A stretch of 63,380 nucleotides of DNA, filler included, from Choristocarpus tenellus KU-1152 (GCA_964200185.2; 5 parts of 5 records of this genome joined end to end with filler, not necessarily neighbours in it), one strand, 5' to 3'; positions 12,101 to 26,346 are shown, counted from the first letter of the whole stretch. The notes: generated by a model not told the origin, from the sequence alone. Made by a program: numbers and translations.

Positions 12101-15100
12101 ATAGTTCTTCATCTTATCACACAAGCCCTTGAATCCAGAGAGACCAGTTGTCTGGGTGACCAAAGTACTAGCCAACTCCTCTGATTCATTCTCTGTTATT
12201 GACAAATGTACTAATATATCTCATTGGTATATTGACATAGATGATCTCTATCCCAATCTTGGTCTGGAGGAGTTTGAAGCAACTCGAATGTGACACAATT
12301 ACTACTTTCAGATGTATTGGGTTCAATTTGAACAACAGGAAACACCCTGCACCCTTGTGTAAAGGTTTCGATTGATGAGACTGCCCTGTCCAGTGGGGAG
12401 CGGTCAAGCTTGCCTGGCACTGGGAGTGACAGCCCCAGCCATGTTGCTCTGGCCAATGCAGTAGTAGCCTGGCAGGGTGAGGATGTAACTGCAAGACAAG
12501 ACGGTTTGACAAATGAGGGCATCAGGGGTGATGGTGTTGATGAGGCAGGTGTTGTGAGCAATGGAGTTGATGGAGCTGTTCCAGGGAGTGGCATGAGGAT
12601 TGAGGAGGCAGGTGGTGATGAAGCAGGTGGTGTTAGCAATGGAGTAGCTGGTGGGTCTGGTGCAGGTGGTGGAGGGGGGGGGGGCAGCAGTGTGGGGCTT
12701 GCCCTAACACTAGCAGGAGGGAATGAAATTTCTGAGGAAGATCAGGCTGGTGGAGGTCCATTTGTCGGTGTGATGGACTTCTACCCAATGTTCCAGAACA
12801 ACGCCTTTCCAATGTTCTACGAGAACTTCTCTGCTCACTGAGTATGTGGACAGAGATTATATGCAGGGTGGGAGGGCAACCAGTGAAATCTTCTATGGGG
12901 AGATGGGTTGCAGTACTGCAGTGGTCAACAAGGTCAGGTCCCTACCCTGTGGGCTAGATATTATGGCTTTGGTGTGGTCTTTGATTGAATCATTTTGAGG
13001 TTCAAGTTTGTTGTGTGTGTGCTGCAGTACTGGTATGGAGAACAGCATGTGACCTTTTGCACATAGCCGTACCTTGTACAGGTAGAAAAAAATATTCCAT
13101 GAGAATAATAATATAGAAATGCATGCATTATGTTGGGGGACTAGTCTCAAGGAGGGGGTGTACATCAGAGGGGTAGGGAAATTTGTCAAGGATCTTGCAG
13201 CAGGGGTGTGTGTGGGGCTGCAATGGCAGGGTTGGTACCATATGAAGAAGATGGGATATCCACTTGACCAAAATGAGAGGGGTGTGACTTTTGTTTGTGA
13301 GAATACTGGAAAGTGATTGGCATGCAGCAGTAAAAGCTAATGCTACCCAGTGACCTACATCACATATTTGAGTAGAAAAGGGGTGGTGGAGGGTACTCAG
13401 ATTTGGAGGGAAATCACAGTATGGCATATGGAAATCGGGAGGGTCAAAGGGGGGGACAACACAAGGGTTAGATATATCTCACTGGTGCTTTATATCCAGT
13501 TTATGGTACAACATTGAGGGAACCTGCTTTGGGGCCTGGGGTGATGGTGGGGAAGCCAACCCTTGATGCAAGGTTGCTCAAGGCTTCTCCTCTCAATTAG
13601 GTGGTCAATCTGGTTGGGTCAGTAGTTGTGACAGAGTGATGTGACAGGACAAATCATAATGGTGGCATGATCGTTGATGATGAGGGTTAGGGAAAGGTAT
13701 AGGGCTAGTACCAAATTTGAACAGGTGTGTGATGGCCAGATCTAGTGGATGAAAATGATAGCTGTAAGGAAGGCAAGACCAGCGTAGTCTTGGTATTGAT
13801 ACATTCATGGAGCACTCTACAACAGTCCACACCCATTGTCAGCACAAACCACTACCATGTCATGGCGGAGGGGGGGTGCAGGGTGTGGGCAGGGGAAGAG
13901 ATCCGTATGGTGCTTGATGTGAGGGACAAGAGGAGAATGAATATTCAAGAAGGATGGTGATACTGCTTTGGGCAGCAGTGAAGGATGTAGTGTGGCAGGG
14001 GGCTTCTCCAGCGGTGCATTATGGGTTCACTGGGGGCATGTGGTCCAAATTTGTGGAACACCTGGTTTTGAAGGGACTGACTGATTGAGGAAGAAGAGAT
14101 GACATCAACACAGGGAGTGCAGATTGAGAGTGGTGAGGATGGTAATGGTGGTGCAGGCTGTGAGAGTTGTATATGCCTTGACCCACTATGAACACTAGGC
14201 AAGGGTATCCGATGGTGAATAGGTGGGGAGATGAAGGTGTGTTTGCTTGGACCCAACCACCAGGAAGACCTTGCAATATATGTGGAAACCCCTACACATA
14301 TGCTGCATGCGATATTGGTTATACCTTCAGGACTGCTGTGAGTCACCTTTTGGTGGATGGAGTCTGAATACCTCTAACAAGGCATTGGAAAAGGGCCATG
14401 CAACACAGGGAATGACGTCAGTCAAGTGATGAGGTAGGTGTAGGCGGTGTGGAAATGCTTCGAGGCTTAATGCGGTTGGTAGTGGAGGATGTACAAACCA
14501 TAATACTCAGTAGAGAGTGTTTGAGTGAGGAAGGGTACAGTCACACTGGTAAGTGCGACTTGGAGATTGGGTGTTGTGTGATGATGTGGTGTGTGTGTGG
14601 GTGCAGAGTCCAGAAATTCACCCCTGAATCCTATGCTCCTTGTCCTGCTTCTCCATTCTTTTCATTGCAGTTGACCTAACCTTATGTGTTGGACAACCTG
14701 AATCATTCACTGTCCTCTTACCAGGTGCAGTCTGTTGTCCTGTAGCAGACTGGTCTAGAGCAAGACAGCATCACACCAGTTCCAAAGAGCTCAATGACAG
14801 AGGAACATCAGAACCTTGACGGCATGGATGTACATTGCATCAAGGAAACATGGCTAGTAGCCTCACAACACCGATCACATGGAGGTGAATAGCAGTAATG
14901 ATGCAAAATTCTCTAGAGAATGTGTATGTGAACCCTATTAGTAACATGTTGGGGTGTATTTGGAGGGGTGATATAGAGGGAAGTATACTCCTTGATGCAA
15001 TGTTCTTATGTGCATGATATCACCCACAGATTTGAGTCTGGCTTGCTCTCACTACCCCTTATCATTGTATTTTTGTGCCACTTACATACTTGTCTCCTGC

Positions 15101-16156
15101 TGTCGTTTCTTCACAAGTGAAGGCCAGTGTGACAATCACCACATGCACACAGCTTCAGGGTATTGAAGGCCAGACTACAAGTGAAGACCAGTGTGACAAT
15201 CACCATATACACACAGTCTCAGGGTATTGAAAGCCAGACTACCAAATCCTGTTCAGGCTACTACAGGTTGCGCAAGGTGTTGGAAATGGCAATATGTTCC
15301 TATTCAGTCAACATGACTGCTACTTTGGAGAACACCTTCGCTCCTATGCCAGGGTAGGTTGACGGCCGACATCAGTGGTACATAGACTAGCAATGAAGAA
15401 CTGAGAGCAAGCAAAGAGGCAAAGGACATCAAGGAGAGACAGACATACCACGTTTGGGTTGATTGCTGATTCATATTGATAGTCGGGGAGGGAGAGGGCT
15501 GGGTATGGGGCGTTTGGTGGTAGCATCGGCAATGGAGAAGGTACAGCCATTGTGACAACAAGATCATAGTCGGAATGATAATTTCCAGTGTCAGTACTAT
15601 CAACATATGGGTAGAGGGAATTGTTATGAACTTATCAAATGGTTTCTGGTAGGGGAAGGATTTTCATGACTAGCAGCCATTTCCCCTTAGAGTAGTAAAC
15701 GACCATCAGAGATCTTTGCTTGAACTATATTTATTTCCAACTGGATACAAGTTGCACTGCTTAGGTGAAGGTTGGGGCAAGTGATTGGGATGTTGTTGTG
15801 ATTGGCCTGGAATAAGTCTGCAAAGATTCAGAGAGGGGCAGATAAGCAGTTATGCTGAAGAATTCATTGTTTATTGGTAGGAGCACTAGGTACATGTAAT
15901 GTATGCAACAAATATTGTAGACAAGTAGATTATATTTTTCTGGTGAGTAGATCCCACCAAACGGTTGGAGTGTTCAATGATGAGGGGTCAACACTCCTGG
16001 AAGCTATTTTCAACTTGCTTTGAAATGTACTCTATTGAACAATATTTGACACTAACCACAGAAAGGAATTTCCTTGTCATGCACACTATTCTCACTAATG
16101 TTCTTGTTCACAAATATATTTTTGCGATTTCTTTGCCATACCCTGCATTACACCAC
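9200..16156. repeat. Copy 2 of the large direct repeat
   Basis: Same sequence as 1-6989. Its true left boundary may lie further left because copy 1 is cut by the window edge. Confidence 0.95.
11560..12841 (+). CDS. Putative spliced ORF in repeat copy 2 (exons 11560-11866 and 12365-12841)
   Basis: Same splice signals as copy 1. Lacks one 114-bp (38-codon) repeat but stays in frame. Confidence 0.3.
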
Positions 16157-18388
16157 TTACTACGTAGTACAAGATCAGGTTGTTAGGGTTAGGTTAGGGT
16201 TAGCCATACCCTGCATGACAACCAACGTTGTTATATTCAAAGTTCCTCGATGTTTTTCTTGGATCAACTTCTTGCATGGGTCTCCTGAAGTCTACGATAT
16301 ATATATATATATATATGCGTGATATTCTCACTGCATGCAATACTTCCAAATTTTTACAGTTTGTGCATTCTATGATCACATGGGGAGTGCATACACACAT
16401 GTTACACCTGCAACCTGGAATGGACAGTTCATTATATTATCGAGGCAGCTGAAGCTTTTTGAGATTTATTACAAAAAAAAAGTATTATTCTTTTTTTTCC
16501 AGTTAGTCGAAGACAGTATCACAGAGCCTAAACCTGGGCATAGCATGCTCGCCTTGTTTGGTTGGATCTTGCAAGCACAAATTTTTCCAGGCTACTTCTG
16601 AGTGTTGCAGAGTTTTCCAGCAAGTATACAAAACAATAAATTAGTCAGCAGATTACAATATAGCAGTGATTGGCATTAGACAATACCACGATTGCATTTT
16701 TATCCCTGCATATCCCTAATCCTAACCACAATGCAGAAGTGTGCTTGATTGAACAAGAGAGCTGAAAGTGCCCTATAAGATTTATAATATACTGTATCTA
16801 GATCAAAACTATTACACCATAGCCCCCCCGCCCCCAGGAGGGGTAATTGGACTCCAACACAGTCCTAGATCCGATACAAACACTTCAATTCGACTATTTT
16901 GTAAGAATAAATGATTTTACGATTATTTCAACAATGTTCAAAATCGATGAATATGTGATGTGTGTACCTTCCAGTCTAGTCAAGTCTGCTTCATGATACT
17001 CATACGTTAGAAGTTGGTTAGACAATTGCAGCGATAATTAATGCTGCATACCACTGTGAAGAATACGGTGGATTTCAGTGAGCTATTCACTTTTTCCGAA
17101 TAGACCGCATCTATCTCTTCTAACGGCAAGAGAAACGCGCAAGTGACGTCTTTGGACCCTTCGTTTGACCCACGTTTCCTGTGCCTGGCGTGCAGAAATG
17201 TTATCCTCATCCAATGCAGTTCCCAAAGCACCTATATCTTCTTCTGTGTGCTGCTCTACTAAAGCATATGAATGTATGCATGTTCACCTAATGCTACACA
17301 GGTACTATAGTGTGTGTCTACCGCATACATGGTGAGCATATTGCAGCTTTCTAAGCCCTGTTCCATTGGTGAACTGAAAGCTTTTGGTACCCAGTCTTAT
17401 TTTATTGCCATATTTTAAAATTGAACCTTACCTCTATGGATGAAGTGCTTAGTTTGCTTTGAGAGCATTGATTTTTCCATTGAAAATATCGCAAAAGGTC
17501 AGAAAAGACCTTGCGCGCATTAATATAAAAAATATAATTTTCCACGTTTGTCAGTATCCCTAAAATACAACCCTGGATACCTCTCTTCTTTGGCTGAATA
17601 CCACCAAATCATCCGCACAACTAGCGCGCACCTACATCAACAGATATCCTTCATACTCAACAATGCTGGGATGGGCTAGAAGGAGTGGCCAGTATCTACC
17701 GCTATTTTTGTTTGTACACATGATGATTAGCGACATCATTAAATGAAACATGCTGGTGCTGAAAGAGGACATGCGTCTCTCATAATAATAGACTAGTCCA
17801 CTATAGATAGCCCCAAAACAATTTAAGTGCTGCCAACAAAATTAATTGGAAGGCCAAACTGTTCGAATTTGGGGTAGAGAATATTGATCATGCTCCACCT
17901 ACATCGAATTTCCTCCAGTGTGTGCACCCGTGAGTGTGTGTGTGTGTGTCCACAATGCGGTTATAGCAGTATCAAATGGCTCGACTGAAATGTATTTGCC
18001 AGAGCAAAGAAAGGAGGGGTTGCATCTTGCAAATCGTTAGAAATTGAAAGTTTTAGAATATATATTTCTTATTGTGGTTCCAAATTTTCCTTGTGCAAGC
18101 TCATCTCCATCTCAATAAGTGTCGAGTCAATCCCAACAAACCACCACCAAATAACAAGATAACATTCACAAATGAAAAATTACAATCCAATTCTCGTCCA
18201 TTTCCCACTGCCAAACAAAAACCACATACTGTACAAAAGTGATTTTTTGAGGTTTTTGTGCGATGTGCATTGATTCCTCCCTCTCATAGCCAGCTAGCTG
18301 CCTGTTTGATAAGGTTTTCCCATTTCCCATTCCTTTTTCCAAAAACAATGCAAGCAATTCAACGCAATATATATATTTTTTTATCAGG

Positions 18389-21300
18389 CTAAGTTCCTCC
18401 ATGCTTCTTGGAGTCAGGTAAGAATCCCCCTATGCAAGACAGCTTGCGCATCCACCCACAGCTCAAGAAAAATGATATGTCACATGCAACAGACTTGCTC
18501 CATTGTTGGTCGACCTCATCTCGCTTCACCCACCTTGCACCCCCTTTAGGCTTGGTAACACCACAGCTGTTTTGAAGTCCACCCTTCATGGAAAAAACAA
18601 AGAAGAGAGGTGGAGGGTAGCATAGGGACACCAGATAAAAAAAATTCGGAATATTGGGATTAATCATCAACTATGCACAACACAAGCAAACATGTATAAT
18701 GAAAGTGATATATGTGGTTGTTGAGTGTTCACAGAGCATGAGAGATAAGGGGGAGAAGGGATCTAAACAAAACAAAGCTCCAAATCCTAGCACTCTATCC
18801 TATGCTGGAGCAATGCAAGACTCTTAAGTATTAGTACCATACAAAACACTCTGAAATATTAGTACCATTAGTACCATACAAGACCATTGACGAAACACAT
18901 AGCAATGTTGATATAGTTATACTACTAGAGAGTGCATCAGAATCATGCACACGAAAAACTAGATATGAGTTCATTCAGAATACTTTGATGTCAAGCTCAA
19001 TTCATAAGGCATCCCTACCAATCTATTTTTGGCCACATTTGATTTATTTGATATATTTCACTAGTCACAGCCCCTTTCACAAAACCAGTCAAAAACAAAA
19101 CACACACACACACATATATACAATTGTGACAAAAAGGTGACACACCATGCCAAAGATACTTGGTGCGACTTTCTTGATGAATACCCCCCTTCTAGTAAGG
19201 TCTTCCATCACAAGCAGTACTTCTCCAGTCGTCATGAATGGACACGCTGCATTCCTGTGAAGGGTATGACAAGCAATGGCCATCAAATTTGGTTCAACAT
19301 GCAATGATAAGGCAATCACCAAACATGTGGATAGAGCTTTCTGGTTGTCGAATCAATTCTTCGGCAGTTAGTTGTTTTATCACATGTGGATATGATGGGG
19401 TGCAAGTGCAATTCTCCTCACTACAAGCAATTGTAGGTGTGTATCATACGAACTCTTACATGTACCTATCAGCCCAGATTAACCCCACTAACCCTAACCC
19501 TAACCCTAACTTGATCACCAACCAAAACTTCACACAGTATGGTTGTGAACATCCAATATCGTGTGTATGTATATATATATAGTACTCTTGTTGGAGAAGT
19601 GTGTTACAGTGAGATTATTGGTCTACTATACTCACACTCCTAATGCTATCCATGCTTTCTACATCACACACTTGCAACACAGGACTATTCCAGGAAAAAA
19701 ATATCGGACATTGTCGGTAATTTTAAAAAACATAAAAAAAGGGATCAGGTAGGGTTATGGCACACAACTAACCACATATGGTGAAACTTCAATTACCTCC
19801 GGTGGACTCATGGGAACAAATCTTACCTTCCCAAAAAGTGTTGGAAGTTGATGGATAATGACAATCTCTACACCACGAGAGAGGGTGCATATATGTGATC
19901 CTCCTTCTCACCCTAACGATAAACTCAATCCCATCTACACTGAATGATATGCACTCCATGTGATCTTCCACACAAACAAGGGACCAATTGTAGAGCCCTA
20001 ATGAGTTTTAGTTGTACAGGTTAGTTGTACAGGTCATCCGTAATACTACAAGACTTTAAAGTACAACCCAAGGCAACTAACTTCCCCAATCGCATAGCTT
20101 TATAGAGCCAGTCTACACTATACTACACTACCTCTTCACTCTAGACACCCACATCCATACCAAACTTGGAAAAAAAACAGTACACCTCACAGAACCAGGT
20201 AGAAACATCTTAGTACAACTTGGGACATACCATTCATTTAGTGCAATATCTCTCCTACTACATACACATCGACATCAAGAGCACCTGTCCCATCCTGCAT
20301 GCCAACAACATAACCAAAACTATCTCGGACTGGTCCAAGCCTAAGCTACCAAAAACTCGTACTTGCCTCACAGCCGCTGCAGTGGAACCAGGCAATTCAT
20401 GGATCTCACAAACAACTGCACTCCTAATGCGTGTGAGAATTGACATGTTCACCTCTCCAGAAAACATGACCCATGGATAGCAAGGGAGCTTGGCCAGTGC
20501 CTGAAACACGACAGGTGAACAGGTCTGTCAGTTTCGTCAACTTTATCGGGGTACATTGCAAGTGATTCAACCAATCACAACCGCAGTTTCAGTTTCAGGG
20601 TTCTTATACTTTCAAACTACGTTCCCAACGGTAGCACACCCCTAAAAGTACAACCTAAACAAACTCGTACTTTCCTGTGGTACCTGACCTGGACCACGTA
20701 GGTAGGACCTGGTATAACACGCGTTCACACACCACTCCAAAAAAAACGTGCACTAAACCCTAACCCTAACCCTAGAACAAAGATGGCAGCACCGACCGAT
20801 TAACCCTAAACTGGGGCAAAAATCATAAAAAGAAAAAACAACACAAAACACAGAGGAAGGAAACAGGGTACAGTCATACCCTAATCAGACAACGCTTCAC
20901 AGTAACGATGTCAACTTGCTCGATAGGACCTAGACCTCAGGGAGAACACCCGCCAACGGGAACTGCAAACGTGTACCAGAACTGGACCGGGTTCTGTTTC
21001 ATCCCTGTACCTGTACTTTTCTCACCCCCCCAACCTGTGTAGGTGCTGTTCTCTTGTTCTCCTTGGTTTGTTCCTCCTCTGGAGTGGTTGAAGTTGCTCC
21101 CTCTTTAGAGTTATCCTCTGTTCTCACGTCACCACTCTCTCCACCAGAGGCGGGTTTGCCCGTCTCAGTGACCCAAAGTGACGATTCCTCTTTGACAACA
21201 TACCTGAGGTCAACAATAGTGGTCATGTGGGGGGGGGGGGAATCACAAATCGATTGATAATGTCATCTTACGATAAAAAGTGCCTCTCACAATGTACTTT

Positions 21301-22676
21301 ACCTTACTTCAGAGTGCTATAAAACAACGTTGACCATACTGCCAAGTAGTACATTAATAAAACTAGACCGATGCAAACACCTTCGGAGATCATCAAACCT
21401 AACCCTAACCCTAACCCAATCAAATGAGAAATAAAAAAAAAGTATCTACTTTCAGACATTCGCCAACCTCAGCCTCCCACACAATTCTAACTAACACTAA
21501 TCAGCTTCACTCACAGCACTATAAGAGGGCAAAGCATGTCATGCTCATGCAGAGCATATTCCACACACCTTGGAAATATGGATATCTAATTATAGATGGC
21601 CGCCATGAACTGTACCAGATAGTGCTGAGATAATCAACACTAAACAGTTGGAGGTGTCCCAGGAGCTTGCATTGGCAGGGATTTAGCTCCTATCAACTAC
21701 CTATGCTGACTTCGAAAATCCCGACCTTCCCAAAACCCTCATCTTGTGAAGAGCCATGGTAAACACTCTATATATGGTGCATGTCACAGAATTACATTTA
21801 AAAAAAAGTAAGGCGTAAGTAAAGGGGGAGACTCGTATCCCTAACCCTAACCCTAACCTTAGAAGAGAACCTTGACCTATGTACAACCTTTTGCCAAAGA
21901 TGCAGCGAAAAAAATATATATCTCAGGGTTAGGGTGGGACACAAAAAGGTACATACCAATAGAAAGCATGGCCTCTACTAATAGGACATTTTCAGGTATA
22001 TCACGTTCAAGTCATGGCATGGACAAAACCTGGAACACAGCCCTTTAACCCTAACCCTAAGTTTTACAATTCTTACCACCATTCTCGTAGTTCTTTACAA
22101 CCTCAAACAGAATTATGATGATACTCAGCATCTAAGAAAATAAAAACGACTCACAAGAAAGCCAGTCAAAAGTATCCTCAATGCCAGAAACAAGAGAACC
22201 TGACACTGAAATGAAACTAAAATGAAACTGAAATGACCACTCACCGGAGCTCATTCATCCCGCAGACACACAGCACAGATCCAGCCCCCAGTGCCCTCCC
22301 CAGCCCCTTCATTACTTCCCCTCTTTCCTCCACCCCCAAGCCCTCACCCACCAAAAAACTCTCCACCTCCACCAAAGACATTCCAGCCTTTCCGGACCTC
22401 CTCAAAACACTCAACACTCTTTCCATTCTCTCCCCTGCCCCCCCACCTGTTTCCACGCCCCTCCTCCACTCCACCTCCACACACTGCACCTCCCTAGCAT
22501 CCCCGACATCCCATTGCCCTCCCGGAACCCTTCCCACCACTACCCCTAACCCTACCCCTACCCCTAACCCTAGGGCAACCCCCCCCGCCCTGGGCCGAAG
22601 TTCTGCCTTAACAATAGACATGACAATACGATCTGCAGACGTACGTGACCTCCAAGTCGCCCCCCCTCCTTGACCG
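18389..22676 (-). CDS. GTF3C1: General transcription factor IIIC subunit 1 (B-block binding, Tfc3/GTF3C1), C-terminal part. Exons 22676-22245, 21203-21035, 20500-20367, 19254-19146, 18583-18389. 5' part cut by the contig end
   Basis: Phase-consistent splicing gives ...LCVCGMNELRYVVKEESSLW...YPWVMFSGEVNMSILTRIRSAVVCEIHELPGSTAAAVRNAACPFMTTGEVLLVMEDLTRRGVFIKK...SFFLSCGWMRKLS. This matches the GTF3C1 C-terminal PW-x-xG-xN...PG...LL..L..G pattern. Confidence 0.75.
19488..22572. repeat. Cluster of short interstitial telomere-type (CCCTAA)2-4 tracts
   Basis: Tracts at 19488-19510, 20756-20773, 21396-21417, 21839-21858, 22046-22060 and 22543-22572. Confidence 0.85.
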
Positions 22677-22776
22677 NNNNNNNNNNNNNNNNNNNNNNNN
22701 NNNNNNNNNNNNNNNNNNNNTTAATTAATTAANNNNNNNNNNNNNNNNNNNNNNNNNNNNNNNNNNNNNNNNNNNN
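22677..22776. other. Artificial contig linker
   Basis: 44 N + TTAATTAATTAA (stops in all six frames) + 44 N. Confidence 0.97.
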
Positions 22777-25700
22777 GGTGCGGTTGGTGTAGTGTTTGGG
22801 AGAAGGTGGGAATGTATTGGGGGGGGGTGGGGGGTTTCTACGCGGGCAGTAGAGGTATAGGATGTGTGAGGGTGATGCCTTGTGAATCAAGGGTTAAAAA
22901 CTATCCCCAAGTCATTCACTTTTTGTGTGGGTTCCTGATAATGAGGCTGGCCAGCAATACCCGGCAGTGGTTTGTTTTTGCCGCCTTGGCCCTCGATGAA
23001 CAACGGTGTACAGTTAAATAAATGGACAAACACGACTGTGAATGTTGTGCAGTCAACCCCATTTTGTCACCTATCAACAAAATGAGTGATTTTGGAGAAA
23101 CACATTAGTGTCCCTCTGTTCTTCAAACATTTCAACCATTTTAAGTCTAAGTCTCCATGAGACTTGTGGTGTCCTTAAATACAAATCCTACCTCAACCCT
23201 GATCATAAGGCAGTTTTTCTTGTACTTTCTGCAATACTAACCTTGAAGAGTTTGATATTTTCTTGCTGCACTAATGTATGAAGGCAGAGTATGGGAATAA
23301 CGTATGTGTATGTTGTGCTTAAATATCCCTTTTTTCTTCAAACAATGGTACTGTTGCGCTTTGGTGTATTTTGTTGAAGGCAAGGATTTCCTGTTTTTTT
23401 AGTTGCAGGATCAACATTGATGTTGCACTGAAGAGCCACTCTCTGGATGAGATACGAGGTTTGATATGGATGGTGTGTCTCTCTATCAATGGACTCATAA
23501 TATGCAAGGTCCTCTCCCTTAGATTAAGCGTGAAGGGAACAATCAGACTAATATACGTACGTACTCCATGATTACATTATCTACACTAGTGTGAAATTGT
23601 ACAATTTAACAGAGTTACCTAATTCTAGTTGTGGATTCATTTTTAAACCCCTACAATTTTCTATATATTTACGTTAATGACTTGTGTGGGGATACACTCA
23701 TCGTCTGAAATATGTTACATCTCCTCTACGTTGGTGATGTGGTAAATGTATTGTAACAAGCGACGTTAAAAAGGATGCACAAGTATGAAAATGATCTCCA
23801 CTGTTTTGGTTCATTAAAATTTGATTTTTGTAGGAGTTCTTGCTGGAATGAACCTAAGGTTGGTTTCTCACACAAGATCTCCTTTGCAATTCCTTATGTG
23901 GAACTTCCAAATCCACTGGATCCAGCCTTCCTGAAGGACTCTTATTTTCCGTTCATCATGACTGCCTGACAAGCCTTGGCCTTGCAATCAATCTACTTGG
24001 AATGCTGTATAGTATAACTCCAAATTTAGTTTACTCTTTGTGACTAATAGCATTGCGGGGATCATTATTCGTGAGTTTGGCCATTTACAGATAACTTTCA
24101 GTCAGAGATTTTATTCATGAGAAGAACATAGTGTGCTGAAAAAAGCAAAGCAACAAAGGTGGTATTTGTAGAAATGGTAGAAGCAATCAGGGGTGTACTG
24201 TAAACTACATTACTACTGTGTATTGTAACTACTATTATTTATAGAGGGAGGCGTAGGCCAAGGGCTAGGGTTGGGGATGAGTGTTCCTTTTTTTCTTTAT
24301 ATATTCTATAATGTGGAAAGCATGTTGTTTTACCGTTATTGCCGTATGACATATACCGTCATACCGGTTGAGGTTGTTTTCTGAGAGCTTTGGCTCAACT
24401 CTGTGGAGGATTTTTGAAGATAGATTTCCGCGTCTTTGCCTATCAGAAATGAGGCACCCACATCACACACGATGCAGAAGAATTTCATTTTTCACAAAAA
24501 CGACTTGGGTATACCTGTTTTATTTCCTTCTTATTTTGTGTGCGTCTTCTGCAGGGTCCTCATCGCCTTGTCACCCCACATGGATGTGGCAGCATTCAGC
24601 ATATATTGGTTTTCATACATGTGTGAAGGTGACATTGGTGGGCAAGGACCGTCAGCATGCCCTTGTCTTCCCAGCAAGGGGGTAAAATCCCCCCAGAAAA
24701 AAGACACTTTTTATCTATGTACCAGACCACATGATATATGCACTCCTCAGTACCTTGTGACTTTTGAGCATCAAGTAACACAATCTAAAGTGGTCCGTCC
24801 CTCTTGACCATGATGTCCATAATCCTAGGTTCGGCAGTGTGCCACCCTCCAAAGTCTTTTGTTTGTGTCTTTTTTATTTCTTCTCCCTACCAAGTTGTAC
24901 TACTGTTGTTCCTCTGATTACCTTAAGACCAAGGGTGTGGGATCCCTCAGACTAATGTGAAAAGAATTGTAACTGGAGAAACAATACACAGTGCCCATAG
25001 CATGATCCTCACTCACTCATGTACATGTGTCAAGCAAATGCATGTGAAACCAAATCGACGGGGCACAAGAAACATCTTCAAGCATTAGTACTGAAGTAAA
25101 CCGATCTTTTTCAAAAGAGTTCAAAATCTGTTTAAAATGTATCAATTAAATCATAGTCATGTACACTCACATTTAGTGTGACACAAAAACGAACATGCAT
25201 GAGGGAAGGCCTCTAAGCCCACACTAACAAACCTAGCCAGATCCTGCTGCCTAGTCCATTCCACCCCAGATAATGATTCTAAAAATTGTGATTCATGTAT
25301 AAACAATAACATAGAACTGAATCTGCTGACAAAAAGGGGCAGGGCTCGAACAGTACTCCCATCTCAAGGACAAGCCAGCCGCCCATCAGTGTTTGCCCCA
25401 ACTGCCACACACCTAACACACAAATGGCAAAATCACCATATTTTTCAAACCATAACCCTAATATAAACAACATGCAGTGCTACTTACACACAACAGATGT
25501 TTTCTTGTACTGCCATGACCATGATATGAAATGTGGTTATCCACAGCGACCCTTTCACTCAACTAGGCCACAAATTCCCCATCCTCTACATCACAACCCC
25601 AGGAATAGCTGGACGGTGTGTGGTTAATAGCTGGTGACACAGGATATACCAATTACCGTCACTTCCACTAGGGGACTAAATCATCCTGTGGTCAGTGGCA

Positions 25701-26346
25701 CAACTCACACTCCGACACCTCATACAAACTACCACATACAAATAGTGCTCTACCTAATGGTTGTGCCACCTCCACAAATGCTGACTCTGCTCATGTCTTG
25801 GTTCTTGCATGCTGGTTTCAGCACTCATGTAGTTCACCCCTCCTCTAATATTCTGCAGGACCAAGCCCGCACATCGACTGCAACAATTTGTGCTGCCTCC
25901 ATTCACGTTTCGGTTCTCACGGATTGGGTTCATACACTCCCACCACTGATTGCTCTTTCTCCTCCCTTGAATACTGTCCTGAATCCTCCTCACATTTTGC
26001 GGCCTGTCTTTGTCTGGCAAGCTTGTGATTCATCGGCAGGTGAAGTGGAACAATAACAAAAACTATGTTGTGCTTGCCATGTTGAAGCAGATAAATCCAA
26101 ACCTGTTATCTGCAAAGAGAATCCTTGTGTTGATGGGGGTTCCAACCCGCAAAAAATTAACACAGGAAACTGCCTCCAGTAATTGCTGAGCCACAAGGAT
26201 GTCCATGTAAGAATGATTAAACCTCAGACTCAGTGTGTTGTTGTTGTGATGATGACACACTACAGTGTTGGCATTCTCCCCCCTCCCCAAAATTCTTGAT
26301 GGGGGTTTTGCTTTCTTGTAGCAAATCACGGGGAGATAGGACCTTG

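Noticed and set aside
17085-17260. Possible minus-strand exon REQHTEEDIGALG...GKSE*
   Set aside because: No recognisable homology and no partner exons.
23410-24681. Phase-compatible small plus-strand exons (INIDVALKSHSLDEIR-GVLAGMNLR-VLIALSPHMD...)
   Set aside because: Short, unrecognised and could arise by chance.
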